Shown here in pieces: positions 46,467 through 56,891 of a stretch of 64,000 bases of DNA (its first letter is position 1; each line of letters opens with the position of its first letter). Made by a program: the position numbers and the translations under genes. This stretch comes from Gammaproteobacteria bacterium (lineage in GTDB: Bacteria > Pseudomonadota > Gammaproteobacteria > GCA-002705445 > GCA-002716945), in the NCBI GenBank assembly GCA_038142325.1, contig JAYQJW010000002.1, positions 779,328 to 843,327 of the forward strand. Direction: 5' to 3'. The notes under the pieces were generated by a model that worked only from the letters and a program-made list of their open reading frames with translations, was not told the origin of the DNA and ran no database searches.

Positions 46467-47425
46467 ATGAAAACTTCAAATAAGCAATTTGCTAGACAGA
46501 TTCTTAATAAAGAAATAAGTGCTTTACGAAGAACCGCAAAACTCATAAATAATGATTTCGATGAAGCATGTCAAATTCTATCTAACATAAACGGAAAAGT
46601 AATCACTTTAGGAATGGGTAAGTCAAGCTTCGTTGCAATGAAAATGGCAGCAACCCTTAGTAGTACAGGTACCTCTGCGTTGTTTCTTCATCCAGCTGAT
46701 GCTTTGCATGGTGATATTGGGGTCATCAAAAAATATGATACGGTAATTATTTACTCTAATTCGGGAGAAACAGAAGAGATTATAAAGTTACTCCCATTAT
46801 TGAAAATTCTAAAATGCTCCTTAATATCAATTACGGGTAATATAAAATCAACTCTTGCTAAGCATTCCAAGGTTTTACTTGATGCATCTGTAGAAAAAGA
46901 AGCATGTCCAAATAACTTAGCGCCGACTTCAAGTATAGTGTGTGCTCTTGCTATATCAGATGCGCTTGCATTGACTGTAGCTGAAAAAAATAATTTTTCA
47001 GTTCAGGATTTTGCAAAAACACACCCAGAAGGTGCTTTAGGAAAAAGATTATTAATTACAGTCTCAGATATCATGACTAAAAAAAACATCCCGCTGTTAA
47101 AAGTGACTGATAAATTTATCAACTTAATAAAAAAGACTACCAAATCAAATTTAGGTCTCGCTGTAGTAGTTGATAATAAAAATAATATTCAAGGCGTAAT
47201 ATCAGATGGTGATATTAAGAGGATAATGCAAAAGAACACGAAATTTATGATTTAATTTTAAAAGATATTATGACTACTGATCCGTTATTGATTACTCCGG
47301 ATAGTCTTGCTGCTGAAGCACTTAATATCATGGAAGAAAATAATATAGATGCAATACCAGTAATAGAAAAAAGAAAAATTCTTGGGATTGTAACCTTAAA
47401 AGATGTTATCAAATCAATAAATTGA
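46467..47425 (+). CDS. kdsD: arabinose-5-phosphate isomerase (frameshift near 47241)
   Basis: GMGKS, HGDIG, EACPNNLAPTSS and HPEGALG motifs plus a CBS pair; shifted frame ends at TGA 47425. Confidence 0.93.
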
Positions 47426-47426
47426 A

Positions 47427-47975
47427 ATGTTAGATAATAAAAAATATATTCCTTTTTACAAATCTTTGTATACAGAAGAATTAATACAAAAAGCTAGCCA
47501 GATAAATTTATTAGCATTTGACGTTGATGGGGTATTAACTGATGGCGGTTTATATTTTGATGCCAATGGTAATGAAGAGAAAAGATTTTTTGCTCAAGAT
47601 GGTCATGGAATAAAAATTATTCAATCCATAGGCATAAAAACAATGATTATTTCTGGAAGAGAAACAGGTTCAGTTCTCCATCGTGGTCAAGAATTAGGCA
47701 TAGAATATATAATACAAGGTAGCAGGGATAAGCTTAAAAGTTTTAATGAACAAAAATTATCAATACCTTATGAGGAAGTGTGTTTTGTTGGAGATGACAC
47801 AGTTGATATTGAACTTTTGGAGAAAGTAGGATTATCTGTTATCGTTCCAAATGCCAATACCCTGCTTAAGTCGCTTAATTTTGATTGGACCACTAACAGG
47901 AGTGGTGGAAACGGAGCTATAAGAGATGTTTGTGATCTTATTTATTTTTCTAAAATCATAAATGAAAAAGCCTAA
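47427..47975 (+). CDS. kdsC: KDO 8-phosphate phosphatase
   Basis: FDVDGVLTDG, DGHG, VGDD..D and GGNGAIRDVCD motifs. Confidence 0.95.
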   Translation: MLDNKKYIPFYKSLYTEELIQKASQINLLAFDVDGVLTDGGLYFDANGNEEKRFFAQDGHGIKIIQSIGIKTMIISGRETGSVLHRGQELGIEYIIQGSRDKLKSFNEQKLSIPYEEVCFVGDDTVDIELLEKVGLSVIVPNANTLLKSLNFDWTTNRSGGNGAIRDVCDLIYFSKIINEKA

Positions 47976-48630
47976 GCTACTACTTTTATTTTGTATAACA
48001 ATCATATTTATAATGAGCAGCTTGTTTGCAAGTACTGTTGATAAAGATACTAAAATTAAAAATAAAATATTTAACTTCTCTTCAGAAAAAATTGATGCAG
48101 TTATGTCTACTGAGTGGAAGCTAAGTGGACAATATCTCGAAAAATATGAAAATAATTCCACTCTTATTAAGAATCCTAATTTAAAGTTATATAAGTCTAA
48201 TTTTTCTACCGATATATTATCTGACACAGCTTTTGATCCAACAGGTGAAATGATTGAAATTTATCTCAAGAATAATGTTTACATAAATAGAACTGACTCA
48301 TCGAATGTAAGCATTATTAAATTATATACATCTTATGCAATTTTTTATTTATCAAAAGATTTAGTCGAAACTGACCGAGATGTTACTATAATTACATCTG
48401 ATTCAATTACTACAGGAAATGGATTATCAGCTAACCTTGAAAGTGGCTTAATTTCGGTGCTTAGTAATGCTGAGAGGAAAATTAAAGACGGTGAAAACAC
48501 AAGAATAATTAAAGGCAATCAGATGATTTATAACACTAAGACAAAAAAATGGATAGTGAAGAATCAGTCGGCATCAAAACTTAAAAATTCAATTATCAAG
48601 AAAGTAAAAACAACATTCAGCTTGGATTGA
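47962..48630 (+). CDS. lptC: LPS export protein LptC with an LptA-like C-terminal extension
   Basis: N-terminal hydrophobic segment and LptC-like jellyroll pattern (ETDRDVTI...TGNGLSANL...VLSN); sits between kdsC and lptB. Confidence 0.75.
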   Translation: MKKPKLLLLFCITIIFIMSSLFASTVDKDTKIKNKIFNFSSEKIDAVMSTEWKLSGQYLEKYENNSTLIKNPNLKLYKSNFSTDILSDTAFDPTGEMIEIYLKNNVYINRTDSSNVSIIKLYTSYAIFYLSKDLVETDRDVTIITSDSITTGNGLSANLESGLISVLSNAERKIKDGENTRIIKGNQMIYNTKTKKWIVKNQSASKLKNSIIKKVKTTFSLD

Positions 48631-48631
48631 T

Positions 48632-49357
48632 ATGTCAATATTGAAATCAGATAACTTAAAAAAAGAATATGATAGTAAAACTGTCATACACGATATCTCT
48701 CTAGAGGTAAACTCAGGAGAAATAGTAGGGCTTCTTGGTCCAAATGGTGCTGGTAAAACCACAACATTCTACATGATTGTTGGATTGATTAAGGCTGATA
48801 ATGGTAAAATTATCATAGATGATGAAGATATAACTCAAGAGCCAACCCACAATAGATTTAAACACGGTATAAGCTATCTCCCTCAAGAACCATCGATATT
48901 TCGTGATTTATCAGCCAAAGATAATATCCTCTCTATTCTAGAAATTAATAATAAAATGAACTCAAATCAAAACGAAAAAACTTTAGAGTATTTAATTGAA
49001 AAATTTGACTTAAAAAAATTTCTTAACACAAAAGGTGTTCTTTTATCTGGTGGAGAGAGAAGAAGGGTTGAAATAGCCCGCGCAATAGCCTTGAAACCAA
49101 AATTCTTGCTGCTTGATGAACCATTTGCTGGTATAGATCCGTTATCAGTTATAGATATACAAGAAATTATTTCAGAACTAGCGCATGAGGATATAGGTAT
49201 ACTTATTACAGATCATAACGTCAGAGAAACTCTAAAGATTTGTGATAGATCATATGTGATAAATTCTGGAAAAGTCCTTGCTTCTGGCAAAGCAAAGGAG
49301 CTTGTTAAAAATGAAATTGTCAAAAAAGTATATCTAGGTGAATCATTTAAATTATGA
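48632..49357 (+). CDS. lptB: LPS export ABC transporter ATPase
   Basis: GPNGAGKT, YLPQEPSIF, LSGGERRRVEIAR and TDHNVRETL motifs. Confidence 0.97.
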   Translation: MSILKSDNLKKEYDSKTVIHDISLEVNSGEIVGLLGPNGAGKTTTFYMIVGLIKADNGKIIIDDEDITQEPTHNRFKHGISYLPQEPSIFRDLSAKDNILSILEINNKMNSNQNEKTLEYLIEKFDLKKFLNTKGVLLSGGERRRVEIARAIALKPKFLLLDEPFAGIDPLSVIDIQEIISELAHEDIGILITDHNVRETLKICDRSYVINSGKVLASGKAKELVKNEIVKKVYLGESFKL

Positions 49358-50694
49358 GTAAACTTTTTCAAACGGTTAAGATTAGTCAGACGAAGGTTTT
49401 GTCTCAACAAACAAGACAAGCTATCAAATTACTGCAGTTGAGTACATATGAACTAGACAAAGAAATAGATGAACTAATTCTTGAAAATCCACTTTTAGAA
49501 AAGAATGATGATATACAAACTGATTATGACATCGGCAGTGCAAGTAACTCCGCTTTTTCTGATCCAGAGGATGTACTTAAATATTATAAAAAAAATGATA
49601 GTCTCAAAGAGTTTTTAAATCGACAAATTGAAATGTCGTCCTTATCAGATGATGAAAGACTAATTGCATCAATAATTATTGATTGTGTTAATGACAATGG
49701 TTACTTGACAGAAGATTTGAATGATATTTTTATTCAAGCAAATAGAATTACTGAAGTAACCTTCCAAGAGATATTTTATGTTCTACATACTTTACAAAGA
49801 TTTGAACCTGTTGGAACTTGTGCACTAGATTTGTATGATTCTCTGGCTATTCAACTTGATTATTTCTATAAAGACTCAAATTGTTATCATGAAGCAATGA
49901 GAATAATTAAGTCACTAAGTAAAATAGATTCATCTCATGATTTAAAATTTGATCAGGAAATTTCCTCTATTTGTAAAAATGAGGATTTCAACGAAAAAGC
50001 TTTTGAGTTAGTAAAGAAGCTCAATCCGAAACCAGGTTTAATAATTTCTAAAAAACTTGATTCTTATCAGATACTGCCTGAAGTTGTTATATATAAGAGA
50101 GATGATAAATGGATTACTGAATTGACAAGTAATAAACCTCCATTAAAGCTAAATTCAGAATATGTTTCAATAATGAAAGAAAGCAAAATTAAAACAGATA
50201 TTGATTATCTCAAAAAAAATTATAATGAAGCAAAATTCATAATCAAATCTATTAAAAATAGAAATATTACTATTCTAAATGTTTGTAAGGAGATTTTTAA
50301 AAAACAATTAGATTTTCTTAATAACGGTGACATAGGAATAAAACCAATGACTTTAAGAGATGTATCAGAAGCTCTAGGAATACATGAGTCCACGGTGTCA
50401 CGAGCAACAAGTAATAAATATGTCCAAACTCCAAGAGGAGTTTTTGAAATGAAATATTTCTTTACCTCTGAACTCAGCACTAATACAGGTCAAATGGTTT
50501 CTTCCAAAGCAATAATGAAAATGATAAAAACATTTGTAGATAGTGAAATTAAACAAAAGCCTCTCAGTGATAATCAAATTTCAGAACTATTCAAAAACAA
50601 GGGAATATCTGTAGCTAGAAGAACTATTACAAAATACAGAGAAAAATTAAAAATACCAAGTTCTAATGAAAGAAAGAGAGTTGTTAATGATTAA
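49354..50694 (+). CDS. rpoN: RNA polymerase sigma-54 factor
   Basis: QAIKLLQL, ENPLLE, HESTVSRA and RpoN box ARRTITKYRE. Confidence 0.96.
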   Translation: MSKLFQTVKISQTKVLSQQTRQAIKLLQLSTYELDKEIDELILENPLLEKNDDIQTDYDIGSASNSAFSDPEDVLKYYKKNDSLKEFLNRQIEMSSLSDDERLIASIIIDCVNDNGYLTEDLNDIFIQANRITEVTFQEIFYVLHTLQRFEPVGTCALDLYDSLAIQLDYFYKDSNCYHEAMRIIKSLSKIDSSHDLKFDQEISSICKNEDFNEKAFELVKKLNPKPGLIISKKLDSYQILPEVVIYKRDDKWITELTSNKPPLKLNSEYVSIMKESKIKTDIDYLKKNYNEAKFIIKSIKNRNITILNVCKEIFKKQLDFLNNGDIGIKPMTLRDVSEALGIHESTVSRATSNKYVQTPRGVFEMKYFFTSELSTNTGQMVSSKAIMKMIKTFVDSEIKQKPLSDNQISELFKNKGISVARRTITKYREKLKIPSSNERKRVVND

Positions 50695-51145
50695 GGTAAA
50701 ATTAGATGACTCTCATGTAATTATTAATGACAATTCTAAAAGTAAAAAAATCATACTAGAGAAAGCTGCAGAAATATTTTATCAGTCCTCAGGTATACCA
50801 AAAGACGTAATCTTCCAAAAACTATATGAGAGGGAAAAACTTGGCTCTACATCTGTTGGTAAAGGAGTTGCCATCCCTCATGCAAGAATTGAAAATATTG
50901 ATTATCCTTATCTATCGATAATACTCCTAAATGATGCAGTTGAATTTGATAATATCGATGATCTAAATGTTGATATAATTGTATCAATTATAGTGCCGAA
51001 TAAAGATTTTGAAGAGCATTTGAAATTATTATCCTGTATAAGTGAAAAACTTGATAATCAAGAAACAAGAAAAGACTTGAGACATGCAAGAAATAGTAGA
51101 GATATTTTAACAATATTAGAGTCGAATAATTTAGAATTTATATAA
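50687..51145 (+). CDS. ptsN: PTS EIIA-Ntr
   Basis: REKLGSTSVGKGVAIPHAR motif; start placed at ATG 50687. Confidence 0.92.
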   Translation: MIKVKLDDSHVIINDNSKSKKIILEKAAEIFYQSSGIPKDVIFQKLYEREKLGSTSVGKGVAIPHARIENIDYPYLSIILLNDAVEFDNIDDLNVDIIVSIIVPNKDFEEHLKLLSCISEKLDNQETRKDLRHARNSRDILTILESNNLEFI

Positions 51146-51146
51146 T

Positions 51147-51527
51147 ATGAAAGTTGGTATATTAATAATTACACACAGCGATATTGGTAAACAGTTGCTT
51201 TTGACTGCTATATCAGTATTTGGGAAAAATCCATTTCAAGTCGAATTATTATCTGTTGATAATTATGATCAGCCTAATGATATGAAACAATTAGCAGAAA
51301 AATATGTTAATTTTCTTGATAAAGGTCGTGGAGTTTTAGTTTTAACAGACGTTATAGGAACTACTCCATCAAATATTGCCTCATCTATAGAACATAAAAA
51401 TATAAAAATTGTTGCAGGATTAAATCTTTCAATGATATTGAATGTATTCAATTATCCAGGAGAAACACTGGATCAGTTGTCCAAAAAAGCAATTGAGGGA
51501 GGTGCAGAGGGAGTTTCTGTAGTGTAA
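51147..51527 (+). CDS. stand-alone PTS EIIA, mannose/fructose type
   Basis: ILIITH phospho-His, GVLVLTD..G.TPSN and VAGLNLSM motifs. Confidence 0.9.
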   Translation: MKVGILIITHSDIGKQLLLTAISVFGKNPFQVELLSVDNYDQPNDMKQLAEKYVNFLDKGRGVLVLTDVIGTTPSNIASSIEHKNIKIVAGLNLSMILNVFNYPGETLDQLSKKAIEGGAEGVSVV

Positions 51528-51797
51528 ATGATATCCAAAGATCTCAAAGTAACCAATAAATTAGGACTACATGCCAGAGCTGCTGCGAAGGTTGTAGACA
51601 TAGCTAATAGATACAAATGTGAAATTAATTTTTTGAAAGATGATAAAAAAGCAGACGCTAGAAGTATTATGAAAATACTAATGTTGTCAGCATCACAGGG
51701 AACTTATATAAAGGTTCAAATTAGTGGTGATAATCAAGATGATGCCATGTCATCTATTGAAAAATTGTTCAATGAAAAGTTTAATGAAGAAGAATGA
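51528..51797 (+). CDS. ptsH: phosphocarrier HPr/NPr
   Basis: NKLGLHARAA (His15) and DARSIM (Ser46) motifs. Confidence 0.92.
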   Translation: MISKDLKVTNKLGLHARAAAKVVDIANRYKCEINFLKDDKKADARSIMKILMLSASQGTYIKVQISGDNQDDAMSSIEKLFNEKFNEEE

Positions 51798-53502
51798 GTA
51801 TCATACTTACAGGTGTTGGAGTTTCTAGTGGTATATGCATAGGTGATGCCATCATTGTCAATAAAGATAATATCAATTACTCCCCGTCCTATATTAGGAA
51901 ATCACAAGTTAAAGACGAGATCAAAAAGTTTGAAAAAGCATTATCACGATTAAGACAAGAATACCAAAAATCTATAAATAAAATAAAAAATAATCAGGCC
52001 ATTATTAAGTTAATGGATATGCAGTTAACTTTTGTAAATGATAATAGTTTTAAAAATAATATTTTAAAAAAAATAAAAAATGAATGCTGTACTGTAAATT
52101 GGTCAATCTCATCAGAATACTTAGAAATAAAAAAATTATTTGAGAGTGTTGAAGATAAATATATAAAAGAAAGGTTGGCTGATATCAAACAAATGATAAT
52201 TAGTTTACTTGATTTATTACAATCAAAGAGGAATAACAATAATTTTAATAATGATAATATAAAGAATAAAATTATTATAACTGATGAGATTACTCCAAAA
52301 GATGTTATTGATATTCATCATAGTAGAGGTCTAGGAATAATCTGCTCTCATGGCAGCAAGTCATCACACAGTTCTATTTTAAGTAAAAGTTTAGCTCTTC
52401 CAATGATTATAAATGTATCATCATCAGTAGAGTTTATAAAAAATACAGACACACTAATTCTGGATGCTGGTAATGATAATGTGATAGTTAATCCAAGTAA
52501 CTTTGAACTCAAACATTACAGAAAGACTAAATCCATCAATCGTAGCATTGAAAAATCCTATAACAAACTTGCAGCAAAAAAGGCAGTTACAAGAGATAGA
52601 ATTAGAATTGATGTCATGAGTAATTTAGAGCTGTCTGAAGAAGTGAAACTAATAAACTCCAATACAGATGGAGTTGGTCTTTTCAGAACAGAATATTTAT
52701 ATATGAACAGAAATGACTTGCCAACAGAAGCTGAGCAAATCAAGGCTTATAAAAAAGTTTTTAATAAAGCTCTAGATAAACCAGTCACATTGAGAACGCT
52801 TGACATTGGTTCAGACAAAGAAGTCTCAGAAAATATAAGAATAGGACAAATAGCAAAAAATCCAGCGTTGGGTCTAAGAGGAATTAGGTATAGCCTAATT
52901 GAAAAAAATGTTTTTAAAACACAAATTAAGGCCATGTTGAGGGCGGGTTTGGATAAAAAGCTTAGAATATTAATACCGATGATCACTTCATTAGATGAGA
53001 TAAATCAAGTTAAAAAACTCATTAATGAAGCTAAGACAGAGTTAGACAAACAGAAAAAAATTATACAAATAAATATGAACTGGGAATCATGATTGAAGTG
53101 CCAGCTTGCGCAATACAAGCTAGTGTGTTGTCCAAGCATGTAGATTTCATGTCGATAGGCACTAATGATTTAGTTCAGTACATACTGGCTACAGATAGAA
53201 TAGATGATGAAGTTACAAATTTATATGATCCTTCAAATCCAGCAGTTCTTCACATCATAAAAGATGTAATCGATAAATGTGAAAAATCAGGTATTGATGT
53301 GGCTGTATGTGGAGAAATGGCAAGCGAAAAACAATATACGAGATTACTTTTAGGGCTTGGTCTAAGATCATTTAGTATGCATCCTCAGGCAATTCCTGAA
53401 ATAAAAAATATCATCATGAACGCTAACGTAAAGGAAATAAAGAAAAAAATAAACGCGATTCTTGGTTGTAATGATTACCAGGACAAGACGCCAGCTTGTT
53501 GA
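51794..53502 (+). CDS. ptsI: PEP-protein phosphotransferase EI, no GAF domain (frameshift near 53057; true end possibly 53512)
   Basis: SHSSIL phospho-His, GVGLFRTE, NPALGLRGIR, SIGTNDL and CGEMA motifs. Confidence 0.92.
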
Positions 53503-53508
53503 GGATCT

Positions 53509-54423
53509 CTAGCTATCTGCTGATAAAAGAAAATCTATTAGTGCCATAGAGCTATACAATCTATTATGGGCCTGTTGCCAGACCTTGCTATATTTTGAAT
53601 CTATAATATCATTATCAATTTCCACTCCCCTATGTGCTGGAAGACAGTGCAGAAAAATTGAATCATCTTTTGTTTTTGACATTAAATTCATATTAACTTG
53701 ATAGCTTTTGAATGCCCTTTTCCTCTCTTCAACTTCATTTTCATCACCCATGCTAGACCAAACATCAGTAGTGACAACATCTGCATTATCTGCTGCAGAT
53801 CCGGGAATATCACACAACTCAACATTTTCTCCAAATTTCTCGAGAGTGTAATTATCAGGCTCATAACCATTTGGGGTAGATATTTTTAACTTAAATCCCA
53901 ATAATTTAGATGCATTGATATAAGAATTACACATATTATTACCATCACCAATCCATGCAACTGTAAGTTTGTTAAAGTCATCGCCTTTGATTTCGCTAAT
54001 AGTCTGCATATCTGCTAGCAACTGACACGGATGAAATAAATTACATAAACCATTAATAACAGGTATTGAGGAGAATTTAGCAAGCTCTTTAATTTCTTCA
54101 TGTGAGTTAGTTCTCATCATAATTAGATCGACCATACCTGATAACACTCTGGCTGTATCAGATATATCCTCTCCTCTTTTCAGTTGAGTTGTTTCTTCGC
54201 TTAAAAAAATTGCATGACCGCCAAGCTTATACATCGCAGTTTCAAATGCTACCCTTGTACGCGTTGAGTTTTTTTTAAAAATCATAGCAAGTGTTTTGTT
54301 TGTATGAGTGTTCGGAATACAATTACTTTCATCCATCTTTTTATAATCAATCGCCTTGTTAATAATGCGCTTGAACTCTTGGGGATTAATATCTATTAGT
54401 GATCTAAAGTGTCTACTGTTCAT
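53509..54423 (-). CDS. argF: ornithine carbamoyltransferase
   Basis: STRTR, HPCQ, DVW.SMG and HCLP motifs; start placed at ATG 54423. Confidence 0.95.
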   Translation of the reverse strand: MNSRHFRSLIDINPQEFKRIINKAIDYKKMDESNCIPNTHTNKTLAMIFKKNSTRTRVAFETAMYKLGGHAIFLSEETTQLKRGEDISDTARVLSGMVDLIMMRTNSHEEIKELAKFSSIPVINGLCNLFHPCQLLADMQTISEIKGDDFNKLTVAWIGDGNNMCNSYINASKLLGFKLKISTPNGYEPDNYTLEKFGENVELCDIPGSAADNADVVTTDVWSSMGDENEVEERKRAFKSYQVNMNLMSKTKDDSIFLHCLPAHRGVEIDNDIIDSKYSKVWQQAHNRLYSSMALIDFLLSADS

Positions 54424-55588
54424 AATTCTCCTGTATGAGTTGTTCAAGTATATCAACTATTTTCAAAACATGTTCTTCTTCGCAAATTAAAGGCGGTAGT
54501 AATCTAATAGTTTTATCTTTAGTGACATTAATTACTAATCTTTTTTTCAAAGCTTTAATTACTAAATCTGCACAGTTCATTTTAAGCTCTATGCCTATCA
54601 TCATACCAAAGACCCTGATATCTTTAACTGAGGAGAGGGGTTTTATTCTAGCGGTTAATTCGTGTTGCATGATTTTACTGATTTTATTCACGTGCTCACA
54701 AAGCCTTGTTTCTCTCATTATGTCTAAAATAGTTAGTCCTACAGATGTCGAGAGAAAATTTCCCCCAAATGTTGATCCATGCATTCCTGCTTCAAGAACA
54801 CGAGATGCTTCCTCTCTTGCTAGACACGCTCCAATAGGAACTCCGTTACCGAGTGCTTTAGCAACCATGACAACATCAGGTTTAATGTTACTGTGTTGAT
54901 AGCTAAACCATTTACCTGTTCTACAAAATCCCGATTGAACCTCATCAATCATTAGAAGCATTTGTTTATCTGTGCATATTTCTCTTACTTCTTTAAGATA
55001 TGAGACATCACATGGAACTATCCCTCCTTCTCCTTGAACGGGCTCAAGGATCAAAGCGCTAATTTCAGTATGATTCTGCAAAGCAGCCTTTAAATCTTCA
55101 ATTGAATTAAAATTAACTCTTATCATGCCATCTAATATAGGACCAAAAGCATCATGAGATTTTGTATTAGCAGTAACACTCATAGCGCCCATAGTTCTGC
55201 CATGAAAGCTGTTGGACATGACTATAATTTTAGGGTTCTTATAATTTTTATCATGGCCATATTTTCTTGCAATCTTAATTGCAGCTTCTACAGATTCAGC
55301 GCCAGAGTTACAAAAAAATGCATTTTCCATTCCAGTTAACTGACATAATCGTTTAGCTAATCGTTCTTGACTTGTGATATTAAACGCATTTGAAGTATGA
55401 ATAAGTTTTTCAGATTGATCTTTAATTGTTTTAGATATTTTAGGATGAGAATGTCCTAAACTTGTAACAGCTAAACCACATAAAGCATCAAGATATTGAT
55501 TGCCTTCATTATCATATAGATACACACCTTCACCTTTAGTGAACCAAACTGGTTTCCTGTTGTAAGTAGGCATGATGTTAGTAGTCAT
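54413..55588 (-). CDS. argD: acetylornithine aminotransferase
   Basis: FCNSGAE, FHGRT, EPVQGEGG, DEVQSG, AKALGNG and HGSTFGGN motifs; upstream of argF. Confidence 0.93.
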   Translation of the reverse strand: MTTNIMPTYNRKPVWFTKGEGVYLYDNEGNQYLDALCGLAVTSLGHSHPKISKTIKDQSEKLIHTSNAFNITSQERLAKRLCQLTGMENAFFCNSGAESVEAAIKIARKYGHDKNYKNPKIIVMSNSFHGRTMGAMSVTANTKSHDAFGPILDGMIRVNFNSIEDLKAALQNHTEISALILEPVQGEGGIVPCDVSYLKEVREICTDKQMLLMIDEVQSGFCRTGKWFSYQHSNIKPDVVMVAKALGNGVPIGACLAREEASRVLEAGMHGSTFGGNFLSTSVGLTILDIMRETRLCEHVNKISKIMQHELTARIKPLSSVKDIRVFGMMIGIELKMNCADLVIKALKKRLVINVTKDKTIRLLPPLICEEEHVLKIVDILEQLIQENYEQ

Positions 55589-55740
55589 AATATGATTATC
55601 CTATAAAAAGGGACATTTTATATTAAATATTGAATATTACCAGTTGCACTCCCTTGTGACTTAATTAGTAATTTTATGTGTATTTTTGGTGCAAAATCGC
55701 ATAGTATTACACTGTTAACGTTAAACAAATAGGGGAAATA

Positions 55741-56835
55741 ATGAAAAAACTATTTAGTATGTTCTTCATACTAGCATTTTCATCGTCAATCTATGCTGGT
55801 GGAGCAAGCATGGGCACAAATCATGGCCATAATGCAATGTCTTCTGCCAAATCATCATCTGGTGTCCATTTCTATGGAAGAATGTATATTGGATATGATG
55901 ATAAACAAACTGGCTAGTGATCAGCTGATGTTGAAAATCTAGATGATGGAGGCAGTAAAAGCAGATTAGGTTTGAAGTTTACAGAAAGCCTAGGAAGTGG
56001 CTTACAACTCGTAGGTAATCTCGAATACAAATTTGATATTGGAGATGGAACAATCAACAAATGAAACTAACTGTACATCAACAAGTGAGGCAACATCATG
56101 TAGAACATTTGATTTGCATGTTGGAAACTTAGGTTTCAAAACACCTTATGGTTACATTGGTGCGGGTACGTTTGAATCGCCTTATAAAACTATGGGGCAA
56201 TTTGATAACAATATGGATACAGCAATTGCACTCAACGAACATGGGGGAACTAGCCAAGGTAATTCAGGTATTGCTGGCAATGTTGAAAGTATGATTGCAT
56301 ACAGTATTACAGCTGGACCTGCAACATTTGCATACATGGTTGGTGTCAGTGAGACTAGAGGCTCTAATGACAATACTAATACTGATCAAGGAGACTATGC
56401 ATTAGGATTACAATTTAAAGATATGTTAGTTCATGGTTTAACAATAGGTTACTCACGTAGTCATGATCAATCAGTATCTGGTGGTTCTGGAACAAGTAAT
56501 GATAGATTTTATGCATCTATGAAGGTTCTACCTAATATGGGAGTTTTTGTTTCTCATGAAGATCTTGTATTGCTGGTTCATACAATTCTAGTACTGTAGG
56601 GGACATTAGAACAATTGGTACACATTACAAAATGGGAATGACTGATTTGCAAGTAGTTTATGCAAAAGGTGATTCTGATGGTGCAGCAACTAATGATTAC
56701 AAAACATTAGGTCTTTCAGCTCAAATGAATCTGAGCAAATCTACAGATCTAACAATTGGTTATATCAAACAAGACTTTGACTCTACTGGAAGTGATATTA
56801 CTACCAGAGGTATTGGTCTAACACACAAGTTTTAA
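55741..56835 (+). CDS. Gram-negative porin (broken by TAG-TGA at 55915-55920 and about three frameshifts)
   Basis: Signal peptide MKKLFS...IYA, VHFYGR first strand, SRLGLKFTESLGSG and C-terminal GIGLTHKF; strong RBS AGGGGA; downstream terminator. Confidence 0.85.
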
Positions 56836-56849
56836 TTAATTTAAAACTT

Positions 56850-56891
56850 AAAAAGAACCTAACCTGAATAAATCAGGTTAGGTTTTTTTTT
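56850..56891. terminator. bidirectional intrinsic terminator
   Basis: AACCTAACCTGA-ATAAA-TCAGGTTAGGTT perfect 12-bp stem flanked by an A-run and a T-run, between convergent genes. Confidence 0.88.

Noticed and set aside
54435-54899. 154-aa plus-strand ORF and the many other 60-130 aa ORFs nested in known genes
   Set aside because: All lie antisense or out of frame within well-conserved genes and show no recognisable motifs or translation signals.
55686-55701. Sigma-54 promoter upstream of the porin (TGGTGCAAAATCGCA)
   Set aside because: GG and GC are 9 nt apart, while the -24/-12 element strictly requires 10.
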